Positions 23,377-34,813 of a stretch of DNA of 64,000 bases are shown here, piece by piece. Source of the stretch: Waterburya sp. Lineage in GTDB: Bacteria; Cyanobacteriota; Cyanobacteriia; Cyanobacteriales; Xenococcaceae. Where the stretch lies: NCBI GenBank assembly GCA_965217895.1, contig CBDCJV010000002.1, forward strand, positions 3,328,001 to 3,392,000, in the 5' to 3' direction. A program made the translations under genes and the position numbers. Numbering within the stretch: position 1 is the first letter of the stretch; every line of letters begins with the position of its first letter. The notes beneath the pieces are model-generated. The model searched no databases and was not told where the DNA came from. It worked only from the letters and a program-made list of their open reading frames with translations.

Positions 23377-24363
23377 GTGGCGCAATTTCAAATTGAGTGT
23401 GTAGAATCTAAAACCCTAAAAAATCAACACCAATATAGCAAGTTTATGCTCGAGCCTCTAGATAGAGGACAAGGTATTACTTTGGGTAATGCCTTGAGAA
23501 GAGTTTTGTTATCAAACTTAGAGGGTGCAGCTGTTACAGCAATCCGCATTGGTGGAGGCATGGCAAAAGATGGCAGCAAACAAGAACATAAGTTTGGGTT
23601 TGCTACTCATGAATTTGCCACCATTGAAGGAGTTAGAGAGGACGTTTTAGAGATTATTCTCAATATGAAGGAAATAGTCCTCAAAAGTTATACTAATCAA
23701 CCCCAAATAGGTCGTTTGGTTGCTACTGGACCAGGAACTGTAACCGCTGCCCAGTTTGAGTTACCTTCTGAGATAGAAACCGTAGACTCTAATCAGTATG
23801 TGGCTACTATAGCAGAAGGCACGAGTTTAGAGATGGAATTTCGGGTTGAAAAGGGCAAAGGCTACCGTGCAGTAGAAAGAGGCAAAGAAGAAGGTAGTTC
23901 CCTAGACTTCCTCCAAATTGACGCTGTGTTTATGCCTGTGACTAAGGTTAACTATAGCGTTGAAGATGCTCGTGTAGATGGTTCAGGAATCCGCGAACGT
24001 CTAATTATGGAAATTTGGACTAACGGTAGCGTCAAGCCCGAAGAGGCGTTGTCCCAAGCTGCTGGAATTGTCGTGGAATTATTTAATCCCTTAAAAGATC
24101 TGACTTTAGAGGCAATTGAACCCGACTATATAGAGGACGAAGATCCCACCAGCCAAATACCCATCGAAGAATTGCAGTTGTCGGTTAGAGCCTATAACTG
24201 TTTGAAGCGAGCGCAAATTAATTCTGTATCTGACTTACTTGATTATACCCAAGAAGACCTTTTGGAGATTAAAAACTTTGGGCAAAAATCTGCTGATGAG
24301 GTGATTGAAGCTTTGCAGCAGCGTCTTGGAATTACTCTATCTCAAGAAAAATCAGCAAAATAA
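23377..24363 (+). CDS. rpoA: RNA polymerase alpha subunit
   Basis: [43 protein letters not shown]. Confidence 0.99.
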   Translation: MAQFQIECVESKTLKNQHQYSKFMLEPLDRGQGITLGNALRRVLLSNLEGAAVTAIRIGGGMAKDGSKQEHKFGFATHEFATIEGVREDVLEIILNMKEIVLKSYTNQPQIGRLVATGPGTVTAAQFELPSEIETVDSNQYVATIAEGTSLEMEFRVEKGKGYRAVERGKEEGSSLDFLQIDAVFMPVTKVNYSVEDARVDGSGIRERLIMEIWTNGSVKPEEALSQAAGIVVELFNPLKDLTLEAIEPDYIEDEDPTSQIPIEELQLSVRAYNCLKRAQINSVSDLLDYTQEDLLEIKNFGQKSADEVIEALQQRLGITLSQEKSAK

Positions 24364-24386
24364 ACATCAACAAAACATTATCAATC

Positions 24387-24737
24387 ATGCGTCATCGATG
24401 TAAAGTACCACGACTAGGATTGCCAGCCGATCAAAGGAAAGCTTTGTTACGTTCCTTGGCAACTGAAATTATTCGTCATGGTCAAATCAAAACTACCAAA
24501 ACTCGTGCTAAAGCAGTCCGTAGTGAGGTTGAAAAAATAATCAGCCTAGCTAAAGATGGTTCATTAGCAGCTAGAAGGAGAGCTTTAGGCTATATTTATG
24601 ACAAAGATCTAGTTAGCGAGCTTTTTAAAGCCGTTCAGGAACGTTATGGCGATCGCCAGGGCGGTTATACTCGGATTGTCAGAACCAAAAGTCGTCGTGG
24701 CGACAATGCAGAAATGGCAATTATCGAGCTAGTTTAA
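24387..24737 (+). CDS. rplQ: 50S ribosomal protein L17
   Basis: [19 protein letters not shown]. Confidence 0.99.
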   Translation: MRHRCKVPRLGLPADQRKALLRSLATEIIRHGQIKTTKTRAKAVRSEVEKIISLAKDGSLAARRRALGYIYDKDLVSELFKAVQERYGDRQGGYTRIVRTKSRRGDNAEMAIIELV

Positions 24738-24752
24738 CTGGATGTTGCGCAA

Positions 24753-25583
24753 ATGGCTGTAGTCTGTCAAGCTTCAAGAAACCCCTCAATTAGAATAGCC
24801 TTAGTTATTCAGTATTTAGGGACTAACTTTCACGGCTGGCAAAAACAACCGAATATTATCAGCATTCAGGGCTGTATTGAAAAGGCAATTTCTGAAGTTG
24901 TTGGTCATTCAGTGCGGGTTTACGGGGCAGGTAGAACTGATTCAGGTGTTCATGCAGCTGCTCAAGTTGCTCATTTTGAGTGCAAAGGTTCGATTCCTGC
25001 CGATAAGTGGGCGAAGATTATTAACGCCAGACTGCCAGAGGGGATACTAATCAGAGCATCCGCTCAGGTAAACGATAGCTGGCACGCTCGTTTTTCTGCT
25101 GTTTGGCGACGTTACCGCTATACCATTTATACAGATAAGCAACCTAATATATTTGTCAGTCAAACATGCTGGCATTATTATCAGTCAATCTTGCAGGAGT
25201 CTTTAATTCAAGAAGCTTTATATCCTTTGGTTGGCGAACATGACCTATCAGCTTTTAAGCGTACAGGTTCAGATAGAGCCGATGCAAAGGTAGAAGTACA
25301 GACTGTACAATGTTATCGTCAAGGAGCATTCTTGTATCTAGAGATTCAAGCAAACGGATTTTTGTACGGTATGGTGCGCCTTCTGGTGGGAATGTTGGTA
25401 GAGGTAGGAATTGGCAAGCGATCGCCCAAAAGCTTTACTGAAATCTGGCAAAACCAACGTCGAGATCTGGTTAAGTACTCTGCTCCTGCTAAGGGCTTAT
25501 GTTTGCTGAGGGTTGGTTATCCCGAATTTCCTTTTGCTAAACACCTCTGGTTTGATACCCAACCAAATTTTCTTCTAGCTTAA
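24753..25583 (+). CDS. truA: tRNA pseudouridine(38-40) synthase
   Basis: GRTDSGVHA, FLYGMVR. Confidence 0.98.
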   Translation: MAVVCQASRNPSIRIALVIQYLGTNFHGWQKQPNIISIQGCIEKAISEVVGHSVRVYGAGRTDSGVHAAAQVAHFECKGSIPADKWAKIINARLPEGILIRASAQVNDSWHARFSAVWRRYRYTIYTDKQPNIFVSQTCWHYYQSILQESLIQEALYPLVGEHDLSAFKRTGSDRADAKVEVQTVQCYRQGAFLYLEIQANGFLYGMVRLLVGMLVEVGIGKRSPKSFTEIWQNQRRDLVKYSAPAKGLCLLRVGYPEFPFAKHLWFDTQPNFLLA

Positions 25584-25632
25584 ATGAAGTTTTTATTTAA
25601 AATAATTCACAAAATACTATCACTCTGAATCA

Positions 25633-26085
25633 ATGAACAAAACCCCCTTACCAAACCAACAAAATATAGAGCGCAAATGGTATATAGTTGATGCCGAAGG
25701 ACAACGCTTAGGTCGTTTAGCTACCGAGATTGCTATGATCCTGCGAGGCAAAAACAAGCCCAGCTTTACTCCCAATATAGATACTGGAGACTTTGTAGTA
25801 GTCATCAACGCCGAGAAAGTCGTAGTCACAGGCAGAAAAAACGAGCAAAAGCTCTATCGTCGTCACTCTGGTAGACCTGGAGGCATGAAGACTGAAACTT
25901 TCGACCAGCTACAAAGAAGAATTCCTGAACGCATTGTTGAAAAAGCGGTCAAAGGAATGCTGCCCAAAAACGTCATGGGACGCAAACTATTTACCAAACT
26001 CAAAGTTTACACAGGTGCAGATCATCCCCATGCTGCCCAAATTCCCGAAACTTTAAACATTAATACCATTCCAGCGAGGAACTAG
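25633..26085 (+). CDS. rplM: 50S ribosomal protein L13
   Basis: [22 protein letters not shown]. Confidence 0.99.
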   Translation: MNKTPLPNQQNIERKWYIVDAEGQRLGRLATEIAMILRGKNKPSFTPNIDTGDFVVVINAEKVVVTGRKNEQKLYRRHSGRPGGMKTETFDQLQRRIPERIVEKAVKGMLPKNVMGRKLFTKLKVYTGADHPHAAQIPETLNINTIPARN

Positions 26086-26088
26086 AAC

Positions 26089-26496
26089 ATGGAAGGAACA
26101 CAAGATAAGGTAGTATACTGGGGTACAGGTCGTCGCAAATCGGCGATCGCCAGAGTCCGTTTAGTACCAGGCGAAGGAAATCTGACCGTTAACGGCAAAA
26201 CGGGAGATGATTATTTTAATCGTATTCCCAGCTATTTGATGTCTATCAAAGGTCCTTTAGAAACCTTGGGTTTTGAAAATGAGTACGATATTCTCGTCAA
26301 TGCTCATGGCGGTGGTTTAACTGGTCAAGCAGATGCTGTTAAACTAGGTGTTGCTAGGGCATTGTGTAAACAAGACCCCAATAATCGTCAGCCACTAAAA
26401 ACAGAAGGATATCTAACCCGCGATCCTCGTTGTAAAGAACGGAAAAAATACGGTTTGAAAAAAGCTCGTAAAGCTCCTCAGTTCTCTAAACGATAA
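26089..26496 (+). CDS. rpsI: 30S ribosomal protein S9
   Basis: [17 protein letters not shown]. Confidence 0.99.
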   Translation: MEGTQDKVVYWGTGRRKSAIARVRLVPGEGNLTVNGKTGDDYFNRIPSYLMSIKGPLETLGFENEYDILVNAHGGGLTGQADAVKLGVARALCKQDPNNRQPLKTEGYLTRDPRCKERKKYGLKKARKAPQFSKR

Positions 26497-26630
26497 TTTT
26501 TTAAGCTATTAGCTTTAAGCCATTAGCTTTTAGCTTAACGATTGCACTTTTGAGCTAGTAACAACTTAAATTAGAATTAGTTAATCGCTATATTTTGAAG
26601 TAATCAATACATTTTTTGAAAGAAAAAACT

Positions 26631-26873
26631 ATGCCTAAACCTGATATACACCCAACCTGGTATCCAGATGCCAAAGTGATCTGTAATGGTGAAGTCGTCA
26701 TGACTGTCGGTTCAACTCAACCCGAAATTAGCGTTGATGTCTGGTCTGGTAATCATCCTTTTTATACTGGAACTCAAAAAATCATTGATACAGAAGGTCG
26801 AGTCGATCGCTTTTTACGTAAATACGGTATGCTCGATGCCAGCAGCGATGCTGAGTCTGACGTAAAAAAATAG
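26631..26873 (+). CDS. rpmE: 50S ribosomal protein L31
   Basis: MPKPDIHP, SGNHPFYTG, GRVDRF; ATG at 26631. Confidence 0.98.
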   Translation: MPKPDIHPTWYPDAKVICNGEVVMTVGSTQPEISVDVWSGNHPFYTGTQKIIDTEGRVDRFLRKYGMLDASSDAESDVKK

Positions 26874-26893
26874 CCATTTAAGACAAAGTATAG

Positions 26894-26930
26894 ACCCAGT
26901 AGTTAGCTTAAATTGACTGCTGGGTTTGTT
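26894..26930 (+). terminator. terminator-like hairpin after rpmE
   Basis: ACCCAGTAGTTA...TGACTGCTGGGT followed by TTGTT. Confidence 0.55.
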
Positions 26931-26986
26931 GTATTTAAATTAATTTTTTTAATAAATCATTTTATTTTTTACGGGAGATTAAAATT

Positions 26987-28096
26987 ATGGCTGAAGCATA
27001 CCTATTAGACAAATTAAAATCTGTAGAGCAAACTTTTCAAGAACTTACCCATCGCTTGGCAGATCCCGACATTGCTACTAACCCAGATGAACTACAAAAA
27101 GTAGCCAAAGCTCGTTCTTCCCTAGAAGAAACTGTAATGGCTTATCAAGAATGGCAGCAAGCAACAGAAGAGTTAGCAGGGGCAAAAGAAATTTTTAAAG
27201 AAGCGAAAGATCCTGAGATGAAGGAAATGGCTAGCATGGAAGCAAGTGAGCTTGAATCACAGCTTGAGCAGCTAGAAGCCAAACTTAAAGTTCTTTTATT
27301 GCCTCGCGATCCTAATGACGATAAAAACATTATGCTAGAAATTCGGGCAGGTACAGGAGGCGACGAAGCTAGTATTTGGGCAGGAGATCTAGTCAGAATG
27401 TACTCTAGATATGCCGAAAGCCAAAACTGGAAAGTATTTCTGCTTAGTGAATCAGCAGCAGATATGGGTGGTTTTAAAGAAGCTATTCTCGAAGTGACAG
27501 GAGACTCTGTATACAGCAAGCTAAAGTTTGAAGCGGGAGTACATCGAGTACAGCGAGTTCCTCAAACCGAAGCAGGAGGAAGAGTTCATACCTCGACGGC
27601 TACAGTGGCGGTGATGCCAGAAGTAGATGATGTTGAAGTGCAAATCGATCCTAAAGATATAGAGCTTAAAACTGCTCGTTCTGGTGGTGCTGGAGGACAA
27701 AACGTCAACAAGGTAGAAACTGCCGTCGATTTAATTCATAAACCAACAGGAATTAGAATCTTTTGTACCGAAGAGCGATCGCAACTACAAAACCGCGAGC
27801 GAGCAATGCAGATTTTAAGAGCCAAGCTGTACGATATTAAGTTGGCAGAACAGCAAAAGGAAGTCAGAGGTTTAAGGCTGTCTCAGGTAGGAACAGGCGC
27901 ACGATCTGAGAAAATTCGTACTTATAACTACAAAGACAATCGTATTACGGATCATCGTCTGGGACAAAACTTTGCTTTAGCTAACTCTCTTGAAGGAGAT
28001 ATCGATGTCATGATTCAATCTTGTATCTCTCAAGATCAGCAAGATAGATTAGAAGAATTGGCTAGCTCTCCAGATACTGCTCAGGCTTTAATTTAA
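26987..28096 (+). CDS. prfA: peptide chain release factor 1
   Basis: PQT anticodon motif (PxT), GGQ motif. Confidence 0.98.
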   Translation: MAEAYLLDKLKSVEQTFQELTHRLADPDIATNPDELQKVAKARSSLEETVMAYQEWQQATEELAGAKEIFKEAKDPEMKEMASMEASELESQLEQLEAKLKVLLLPRDPNDDKNIMLEIRAGTGGDEASIWAGDLVRMYSRYAESQNWKVFLLSESAADMGGFKEAILEVTGDSVYSKLKFEAGVHRVQRVPQTEAGGRVHTSTATVAVMPEVDDVEVQIDPKDIELKTARSGGAGGQNVNKVETAVDLIHKPTGIRIFCTEERSQLQNRERAMQILRAKLYDIKLAEQQKEVRGLRLSQVGTGARSEKIRTYNYKDNRITDHRLGQNFALANSLEGDIDVMIQSCISQDQQDRLEELASSPDTAQALI

Positions 28097-28201
28097 TTTA
28101 GAAATAATTGCTACACTCAAATATTACGACTTGGATGGATCGATAAATATTCTGAATGTCAATGTTCTTTCTAAGCTAATGTCTTCTCAGCAAGAAAAAC
28201 C

Positions 28202-28828
28202 ATGCTGCTAAAAGTTAAAAGAATTATAGTTCCGCCAGGACAAACAGTAGTTTTAGAAAACATTAGTTGGCAAGAATTTGAAGCTATTCTAGAAGATTTA
28301 GGAGAGAGTCGCGGCTCTCGAATAGCCTATGACAATGGAAAGCTAGAAATAATGACACCTTTGCCAAAACATGAGGCTAATAAAGAATACATCAGCGACT
28401 TTGTAAAAGTTTTACTGGAAGAACTAAACATAGAATTTTGTCCGCTGGGATCTACCACTTTTAAAAACCAGATAATGTTCAAAGGAATTGAACCTGATAG
28501 CTGTTTCTATATCCAAAATGAAGCAGTAATTAGAGGTGAAAACAGGTTAGATCTAACAATCGATCCACCACCAGATTTAGCTTTAGAAATAGACATCACT
28601 AATCGTAGTCATCCAGAGATATATCAATCTTTAGGTGTTCCTGAACTATGGCAATACAAAAAAGGCGAACTAAAGTTTTTGTTATTAGTAAACGGTAAAT
28701 ATATTGAGTCTGAGACGAGCTTCAATTTTTCCTTACTTAAAATAATTCCCCAATATTTAAACCAATGTCGCGCTGAGGGCAGAAATAAAGGCATGAATGC
28801 TTTTCGTAGTTGGATAAGAGAGCAGTAA
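28202..28828 (+). CDS. Uma2-family (PD-(D/E)xK) endonuclease
   Basis: ISWQEF, EPDSCFY, PPDLALEIDIT, GVPELW. Confidence 0.9.
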   Translation: MLLKVKRIIVPPGQTVVLENISWQEFEAILEDLGESRGSRIAYDNGKLEIMTPLPKHEANKEYISDFVKVLLEELNIEFCPLGSTTFKNQIMFKGIEPDSCFYIQNEAVIRGENRLDLTIDPPPDLALEIDITNRSHPEIYQSLGVPELWQYKKGELKFLLLVNGKYIESETSFNFSLLKIIPQYLNQCRAEGRNKGMNAFRSWIREQ

Positions 28829-28960
28829 AATGAGCATTTCGCAGGTAAATTAGCAGATTAGATAATATTTTAGGCAAAGGTTTTCCAGGAAACGTAAAAT
28901 CTTCAGTCGAGCGTCAGTAAGATTAGAAACTTGTAGTTGATGATTAAAGTGAACAAATGG
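28829..28960 (-). mobile_element. probable IS1634-family transposase 3' remnant
   Basis: Minus strand reads FVHFNHQLQVSNLTDARLKILRFLENLCLKYYLIC* then CCTGCGAAATG, resembling the end of cyanobacterial IS1634 elements (recognition only). Confidence 0.45.
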
Positions 28961-29574
28961 TGCTTGACTTTTTTCTAAAATACTTAACTTGTCAGCAATG
29001 CCTAATAATTGAATAATTCAGTCGCACATTTCTCTTTCTCCTTGTATTTGCTTAGTTTGCCAAAGACAAATACAGAATAAGAAATAGCTCGATCTAAGAT
29101 CAATCCCCTAATAAGTGTAAAAATCTACCTATGTTTGGCTTTAAAAATAGAAATAGGTAGTCTTTTTGTGTCACTTTTTGAGATAGATCCCTAATTCATT
29201 ACTGACTCAGATAGGATGGCAATCGCGCATTCAAAGTATTATTACTATCTAAGAATTAACAGATTGGTACAGCAGAGAAGAAAATATCATCTTTTGCTAA
29301 GAAACAATCTATTAGAAAATATTAGAGAACAAATTCAGCTAAAAGCCCCTTCAGTTGATAATAAAGAATTTAATGAGTTTGTCAAAGAAAGAGGATATGA
29401 CTAAATTCAATGTGATAATTGAAAATCTTTTTATATTAAGTAATTAAATAAACGAGTAACAACCAGAAGACTAGTTCTCAATAATTGATAATTGATACAG
29501 TAGGAAATATTACCTTTCCGTTATAATCCAATGATAGATGTTATGAAAGAACAGCTTCACTAAATAACGATGTT

Positions 29575-30432
29575 GTGGAGGAGACGACATTGGACGAACT
29601 AAAGGCAGGATTAGGATTAGCTACAGAAGAAGAACTACAGCAGATCACGCAAATATTATTTCATCGCCGTTTTAATCCCCTAGATTATTGGCAAACCCCC
29701 GAACCTTTGCAAATTCAAAGTCAAGATTGGAATGTATGGATTGATTCATTGGATCGACGGTTTCGTTACCTAGCAGCAGATGGGATGACCGTATTACGAG
29801 GGCGCACTCAAGAAGTATCCTATCGAGAAATATTAATTAAAGTCTGTCACTATCTGAAGATTCCCTATTCGGTAAGGATGAATGCGATTGATATTGAGGC
29901 AGAGATTTTTCTGCATTTAGTTAGTAAAGCCTGGGACAAGCTACCGACTCAAGAACAAAACTCGCTAAAAGCTCAAATTGGTAATTCTTTAGCAGCAGCA
30001 AATCCGCCTGAACCTTTGCCAGTTCAATTGCAGCATAGCCCAATAAAAATGTTAGCAACAGGCGGTAGTATTGTAGCAGTCAGCACAATTTTAAAATCTT
30101 GGCTGCTTAAACATATTGCTCAACAGTTTGCGATTCACTTTGCTACTTATCAAGCAGCCAAGTCAGCCATTATTAAAGGAGGAACAACCGCAGTTGCAGG
30201 TTTGGGCAATCAATTGGCACTTCAGGCAGCAAAAAAAGGTATGGCGGTAAATGCAGCGCGTTATGGAGCAACCAGAGGCGTTTTTAGTTTTTTAGGTCCT
30301 GTGATTTGGGGTTACTTTGTCGCCGATTTAGGCTGGAAAGCGATCGCCACTAACTATGGTCGTGTAATTCCCATTGTTTTTACTTTGGCACAGATTCGCC
30401 TAATTCGTGGAGACTATCTGGCAATAAGTTAA
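29575..30432 (+). CDS. YaaW-family protein
   Basis: RFNPLDY, RFRYLAADG, ADLGWKAIATNYGRVIP. Confidence 0.75.
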   Translation: MEETTLDELKAGLGLATEEELQQITQILFHRRFNPLDYWQTPEPLQIQSQDWNVWIDSLDRRFRYLAADGMTVLRGRTQEVSYREILIKVCHYLKIPYSVRMNAIDIEAEIFLHLVSKAWDKLPTQEQNSLKAQIGNSLAAANPPEPLPVQLQHSPIKMLATGGSIVAVSTILKSWLLKHIAQQFAIHFATYQAAKSAIIKGGTTAVAGLGNQLALQAAKKGMAVNAARYGATRGVFSFLGPVIWGYFVADLGWKAIATNYGRVIPIVFTLAQIRLIRGDYLAIS

Positions 30433-30665
30433 GTATTTTAGATAATTGCTTGCACTTTCTCATAAAACCAACTTGGCTAAAATAAGCTCTTTGCCTTTGT
30501 CTATGAGCAATTAGATTCTGTTAACATCTTAGATAATTAAGCTAATTCTTTCTCATAAATCAGCAAGGCATAAACAATTTGTTAAGAATGCCCAGAGATC
30601 ATTAAATACCCTAGAACATAATTAAGTAAGAAAGGAATTTTATCAGGTTTTTGCTCTTTCAATTT

Positions 30666-32267
30666 ATGACACACTTTCCTTGGTTAACTACGTGCATTCT
30701 ATTTCCTATTGCTGCCTCTCTATTTTTGCCGATAATTCCTGACAAGGAAGGTAAGACTGTTCGTTGGTATGCTTTAATCATCGGCTTAATTGATTTTGCC
30801 ATCATGGTTTATGGTTTTTACCAAGACTATGACTTTAGTAACCCTAATTTACAGCTAGTTGAAAGCTATGCTTGGATACCCCAGCTAGATCTTAATTGGT
30901 CAGTTGGTGCAGACGGGCTATCAATGCCCTTAATTTTGCTAACGGGTTTTATTACTACCTTAGCAATGATGGCAGCTTGGCCAGTCACCTATAAGCCCAA
31001 GCTGTTTTATTTTCTCATGCTGGCAATGTATGGCGGACAAATTGCTGTTTTTGCCGTACAGGATATGCTGCTGTTTTTCTTAGTCTGGGAACTAGAACTA
31101 GTTCCTGTCTATCTCATTTTGTCTATTTGGGGTGGAAAAAAACGCCTCTATGCAGCGACCAAGTTTATTCTCTATACCGCAGGAGGATCGCTGTTTATTT
31201 TGGTTGCAGCTTTGACTATGGCATTTTATGGCGATACCGTTACTTTTAACATGAGTGCGATCGCAGCTAAAGATTATGCCTTTAATCTGCAATTATTTTT
31301 ATATGCTGGCTTCCTCATTGCCTATGGTGTTAAACTGCCGATCTTCCCTCTCCATACCTGGCTACCCGATGCCCACGGTGAAGCAACTGCCCCAGCCCAT
31401 ATGTTACTAGCGGGTATTCTCCTAAAAATGGGGGGATATGCTCTATTACGGATGAATGCAGGAATGCTGCCCGATGCCCACGCTTTCTTTGCCCCTGTCT
31501 TAGTCATTTTAGGGGTAGTCAACATTGTCTATGCAGCCTTAACCTCTTTTGCCCAACGTAACCTCAAGCGCAAAATTGCCTACTCATCTATTTCCCACAT
31601 GGGTTTTGTGCTAATTGGCATAGCCTCCTTTACAGACTTGGGAACAAGTGGGGCAATGCTACAGATGATTTCTCATGGTTTAATTGGGGCAAGTCTTTTC
31701 TTTATGGTTGGGGCTACCTATGATCGTAGCCATACCCTAATGCTGGATGAAATGGGTGGTGTAGGTCAAAAGATGAAAAAAATCTTTGCCATGTGGACTA
31801 CCTGTTCTTTTGCCTCTTTAGCATTACCAGGAATGAGCGGTTTTGTAGCTGAGTTGATGGTGTTTGTTGGTTTTGCTACCAGTGATGCCTACAACTCTAC
31901 TTTTAAAGTCTGTATTATTTTCTTAGCTGCGGTAGGGGTGATACTAACTCCCATCTACTTACTTTCTATGCTGCGAGAAATGCTTTATGGTCCAGAAAAT
32001 AAAGAATTAGTCAATCACACTAATTTAGTGGATGCTGAACCTAGAGAAGTATTTATTATCGCTTGTCTTCTTATACCTATTATCGGTATCGGTTTGTATC
32101 CTAAGTTAGTTACTCAGATTTATGATTCTAGTATCACTCAACTAACTGCCAGATTGCGTGCTTCTGTACCTAGCTTAACTCAATCAGCCAAGGCTAAAGC
32201 ACCAGCTAGCTTTTATTCGATGGTGTCTCTAACCGCACCCGAAATTGAAGCGGTAAGCGGTAAATAA
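30666..32267 (+). CDS. ndhD: NAD(P)H-quinone oxidoreductase subunit 4 (NdhD1-type)
   Basis: [30 protein letters not shown] 30666 preferred. Confidence 0.96.
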   Translation: MTHFPWLTTCILFPIAASLFLPIIPDKEGKTVRWYALIIGLIDFAIMVYGFYQDYDFSNPNLQLVESYAWIPQLDLNWSVGADGLSMPLILLTGFITTLAMMAAWPVTYKPKLFYFLMLAMYGGQIAVFAVQDMLLFFLVWELELVPVYLILSIWGGKKRLYAATKFILYTAGGSLFILVAALTMAFYGDTVTFNMSAIAAKDYAFNLQLFLYAGFLIAYGVKLPIFPLHTWLPDAHGEATAPAHMLLAGILLKMGGYALLRMNAGMLPDAHAFFAPVLVILGVVNIVYAALTSFAQRNLKRKIAYSSISHMGFVLIGIASFTDLGTSGAMLQMISHGLIGASLFFMVGATYDRSHTLMLDEMGGVGQKMKKIFAMWTTCSFASLALPGMSGFVAELMVFVGFATSDAYNSTFKVCIIFLAAVGVILTPIYLLSMLREMLYGPENKELVNHTNLVDAEPREVFIIACLLIPIIGIGLYPKLVTQIYDSSITQLTARLRASVPSLTQSAKAKAPASFYSMVSLTAPEIEAVSGK

Positions 32268-32624
32268 ATTAAATACAAATTGATTTTTTGATAAGGGTTT
32301 GGCAATGCTAAATCCTTATTTGTTTTCTAGTGATACGCCTGAGAGTACGGCGATCCTACGCATTTTCCCTCAATAGACTTGAAGTGTTTCGGTTTTCTGA
32401 CTTGAGTAAAGTAGAAATTTACTCACAAACTACTGCTAATTTTTACAACAATTCACTCAAAACCCATTTAAATCTAAGGTTTTTCAGTTCAGTCGATGTA
32501 AATCATTATTCAGTTCTATCCTCTTAAATTTAAAACTATCAAAAAGTTAGTTTGTAAATTTATTGCAACAAAAATTTATATTATCTAAAATAGTAAGTGA
32601 CATATCTTAATGAGGCTACAACTA

Positions 32625-32768
32625 ATGGAAAACCCAGAAAACAAATTCGGCTTTACTAAATTCGCAGAAGACTGGAATGGTCGTCTAGCTATGTTGGGCT
32701 TTGTGATTGGCGTTGCTGTTGAATACTTTACTGGTCAAGGAATTCTCAGCCAGTTGGGAATTATGTAA
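32625..32768 (+). CDS. hli: high-light-inducible protein (Hli/Scp), 47 aa (not in ORF track)
   Basis: [47 protein letters not shown]; ExxNGRxAM motif. Confidence 0.95.
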   Translation: MENPENKFGFTKFAEDWNGRLAMLGFVIGVAVEYFTGQGILSQLGIM

Positions 32769-32822
32769 TTCTCTCCAGAGACTGTCAATTGCACTCATAA
32801 ATAAATTCTAATCACTATCACT

Positions 32823-32867
32823 AAAGGAGTTTGGTACAACAAGAAATTGTTTTATCAAACTCCTTTG
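32823..32867 (+). terminator. stem-loop after hli
   Basis: AAAGGAGTTTG...CAAACTCCTTT inverted repeat. Confidence 0.55.
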
Positions 32868-33010
32868 CTATGGTAGCTAAAGCCAAGTTTATATTTAGAC
32901 ATCGCCAAAAACTTCGATTTTTGGTCAACAGCTTATTTTGGCTAGACAAGTCTTAATTTAAGCTAAATTACTGATTTACCTGAATCTAACTAAGAGTATG
33001 ATTATTGAGG

Positions 33011-33225
33011 TCGGTTCTAATGAGAAACAGTCATTAGAAGTAATGGGGAAAGATTGGTGTAAATCCAACGCTGTCCCGCAACTGTAATGAGGCGAGTGAC
33101 CCCGCGTCGGCAGAAAGGACTTGTCCGCATCTAAGGCTTTAGCCGCATCTAGACGCAAGACAAAGGCCTAAGTCGCATATACGCGCGAGATATCTCTAAA
33201 GTCTCTGAGTCAGAATGCCCACCGA
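33011..33225 (+). ncRNA. cobalamin riboswitch
   Basis: TCGGT...GGGGAAAG-TTGGTG-AAATCCAA-GCTGTCCCGCAACTGTAA...GAGTCAGAATGCCCACCGA B12-box architecture upstream of cbiX. Confidence 0.92.
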
Positions 33226-33265
33226 TTAAAATAATTAACCCAGTTAACAAATCTGCGAGGTACGG

Positions 33266-34243
33266 ATGGTTTTTGTCAATTCTCTTGAATCAAATATTAA
33301 ACAAATTCAGTTACAGCCATTACCTTATCAAAGACCTTTATTAATGATTGGTCATGGTACAAGAAATGAACGAGGTAGACAAACCTTTATGGATTTTGTC
33401 GAAACCTATAAAAAATTGGATACTTCTCGTCCTGTTATTCCTTGCTTTTTAGAGCTTACGCAGCCGACAATTCAAGAGGGGGTAGAAGCTTGTGTTAAAC
33501 AAGGTTATACAGAAATTACGGCTTTGCCAATTTTGTTGTTTGCTGCTAGACACAATAAATTTGACGTTACCAACGAGCTAGACCGATCGCGATCGCCTTA
33601 TCCTCAGTTAAACTTTAATTATGGTCGCCATTTCGGTATTACTCCCAAGATAATCGAACTATGGCGCGATCGCTTGGCAGAGTTAGACAAGCCAGAACGT
33701 AACCCCCGTAATATCTCCTGCGAAGATACTGTATTGCTATTTGTCGGTAGGGGTTCGAGCGATCCTGATGCCAATGGTGATGTGTGCAAACTAGCACGCA
33801 TAATGTGGGAAGGTAGTGGCTACAAAACAGTAGAAACCTGCTTTATCGGTATTACACATCCTCGTTTAGAAGCAGGTTTTAGTCGGGCATATTTGCATCA
33901 GGCTAAACGGGTAATTGTCCTGCCCTATTTCTTGTTTACAGGTACGTTGATGGAGAAAATTTTTGATATAACTGCCCAACAAGAAGAACAACATCCTGAA
34001 ATTGATTTTGCTTGCTTACCAGAAATGGGAATTACCTCCCAGCTATTAGAAGTAATCAGGGAAAGAGAAATTGAGGCACAGCTAGGTCAAGTTGCTATGA
34101 ACTGTGAAATGTGTAAGTTTCGCCTAGCAGCAGCAGATGGACACGGACACGGGCATGATCATGGACATCACCATCATCACGATAATAGCGATCCTTATGC
34201 CAAGGTAGAAGACTATCATCAACGTATCTGGAAAACACCGTAG
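33266..34243 (+). CDS. cbiX: sirohydrochlorin cobaltochelatase with His-rich tail
   Basis: [29 protein letters not shown], His-rich C-terminus; B12 riboswitch upstream. Confidence 0.93.
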   Translation: MVFVNSLESNIKQIQLQPLPYQRPLLMIGHGTRNERGRQTFMDFVETYKKLDTSRPVIPCFLELTQPTIQEGVEACVKQGYTEITALPILLFAARHNKFDVTNELDRSRSPYPQLNFNYGRHFGITPKIIELWRDRLAELDKPERNPRNISCEDTVLLFVGRGSSDPDANGDVCKLARIMWEGSGYKTVETCFIGITHPRLEAGFSRAYLHQAKRVIVLPYFLFTGTLMEKIFDITAQQEEQHPEIDFACLPEMGITSQLLEVIREREIEAQLGQVAMNCEMCKFRLAAADGHGHGHDHGHHHHHDNSDPYAKVEDYHQRIWKTP

Positions 34244-34813
34244 TTATATAAACTCCCAATAAAAAATGATACGAATCAGGTAACGGGGTAAATCTTAGTA
34301 ATTTCTAATTATTAAAAGAAACTTTGAGGACTTAAATTAATTAGCCTCATATTTTATCAGTACCCGATGCACAATTAAATTCATCGCTAATGACTGGGAG
34401 AAGTAATTCGAGCATTATATGCAAACAAAGGCGCACTTTTGCATATAATGCTCACCAAGACGCTTTGTTCAGATTCACTGGTTTTGGGCGATCGCCTATT
34501 AGCTACTACAATCTTTGCATAAAGTTCGACTCAATAAGCTACACAAACACCAAAATTGATTTAAAAATACAGCTCAATTAAAGCTTTTTTAAATTCACAT
34601 TTTCAACATATTGTTTTTAGAAAAACATCTATCGATTTAGATATTTACAACTATTGCCAACTCATTTATTATTTATATTTATAAATATTTTAAAAACAAG
34701 TGTTTTTGCAGAGCAATTATGCAAATAATTTGCTTAGGCATACCATGTTTTTTTGTTAGGTAAAAATTTATTATCTAGCTTTGTTAAGCAAAACACAACT
34801 TATAATTTTTGTC

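Noticed and set aside
10854..24737. Absence of rpsJ, rpsN, rpmD and rpsD from the ribosomal cluster; GTG/TTG starts
   Set aside because: Normal cyanobacterial organisation
11351..27519. Many short antisense or alternate-frame ORFs within ribosomal genes
   Set aside because: Shadows of conserved genes with no independent evidence
32976..33158. 60-aa minus ORF
   Set aside because: Antisense to the cobalamin riboswitch
34138..34180. His-rich repeat in cbiX
   Set aside because: Known feature of long-form CbiX
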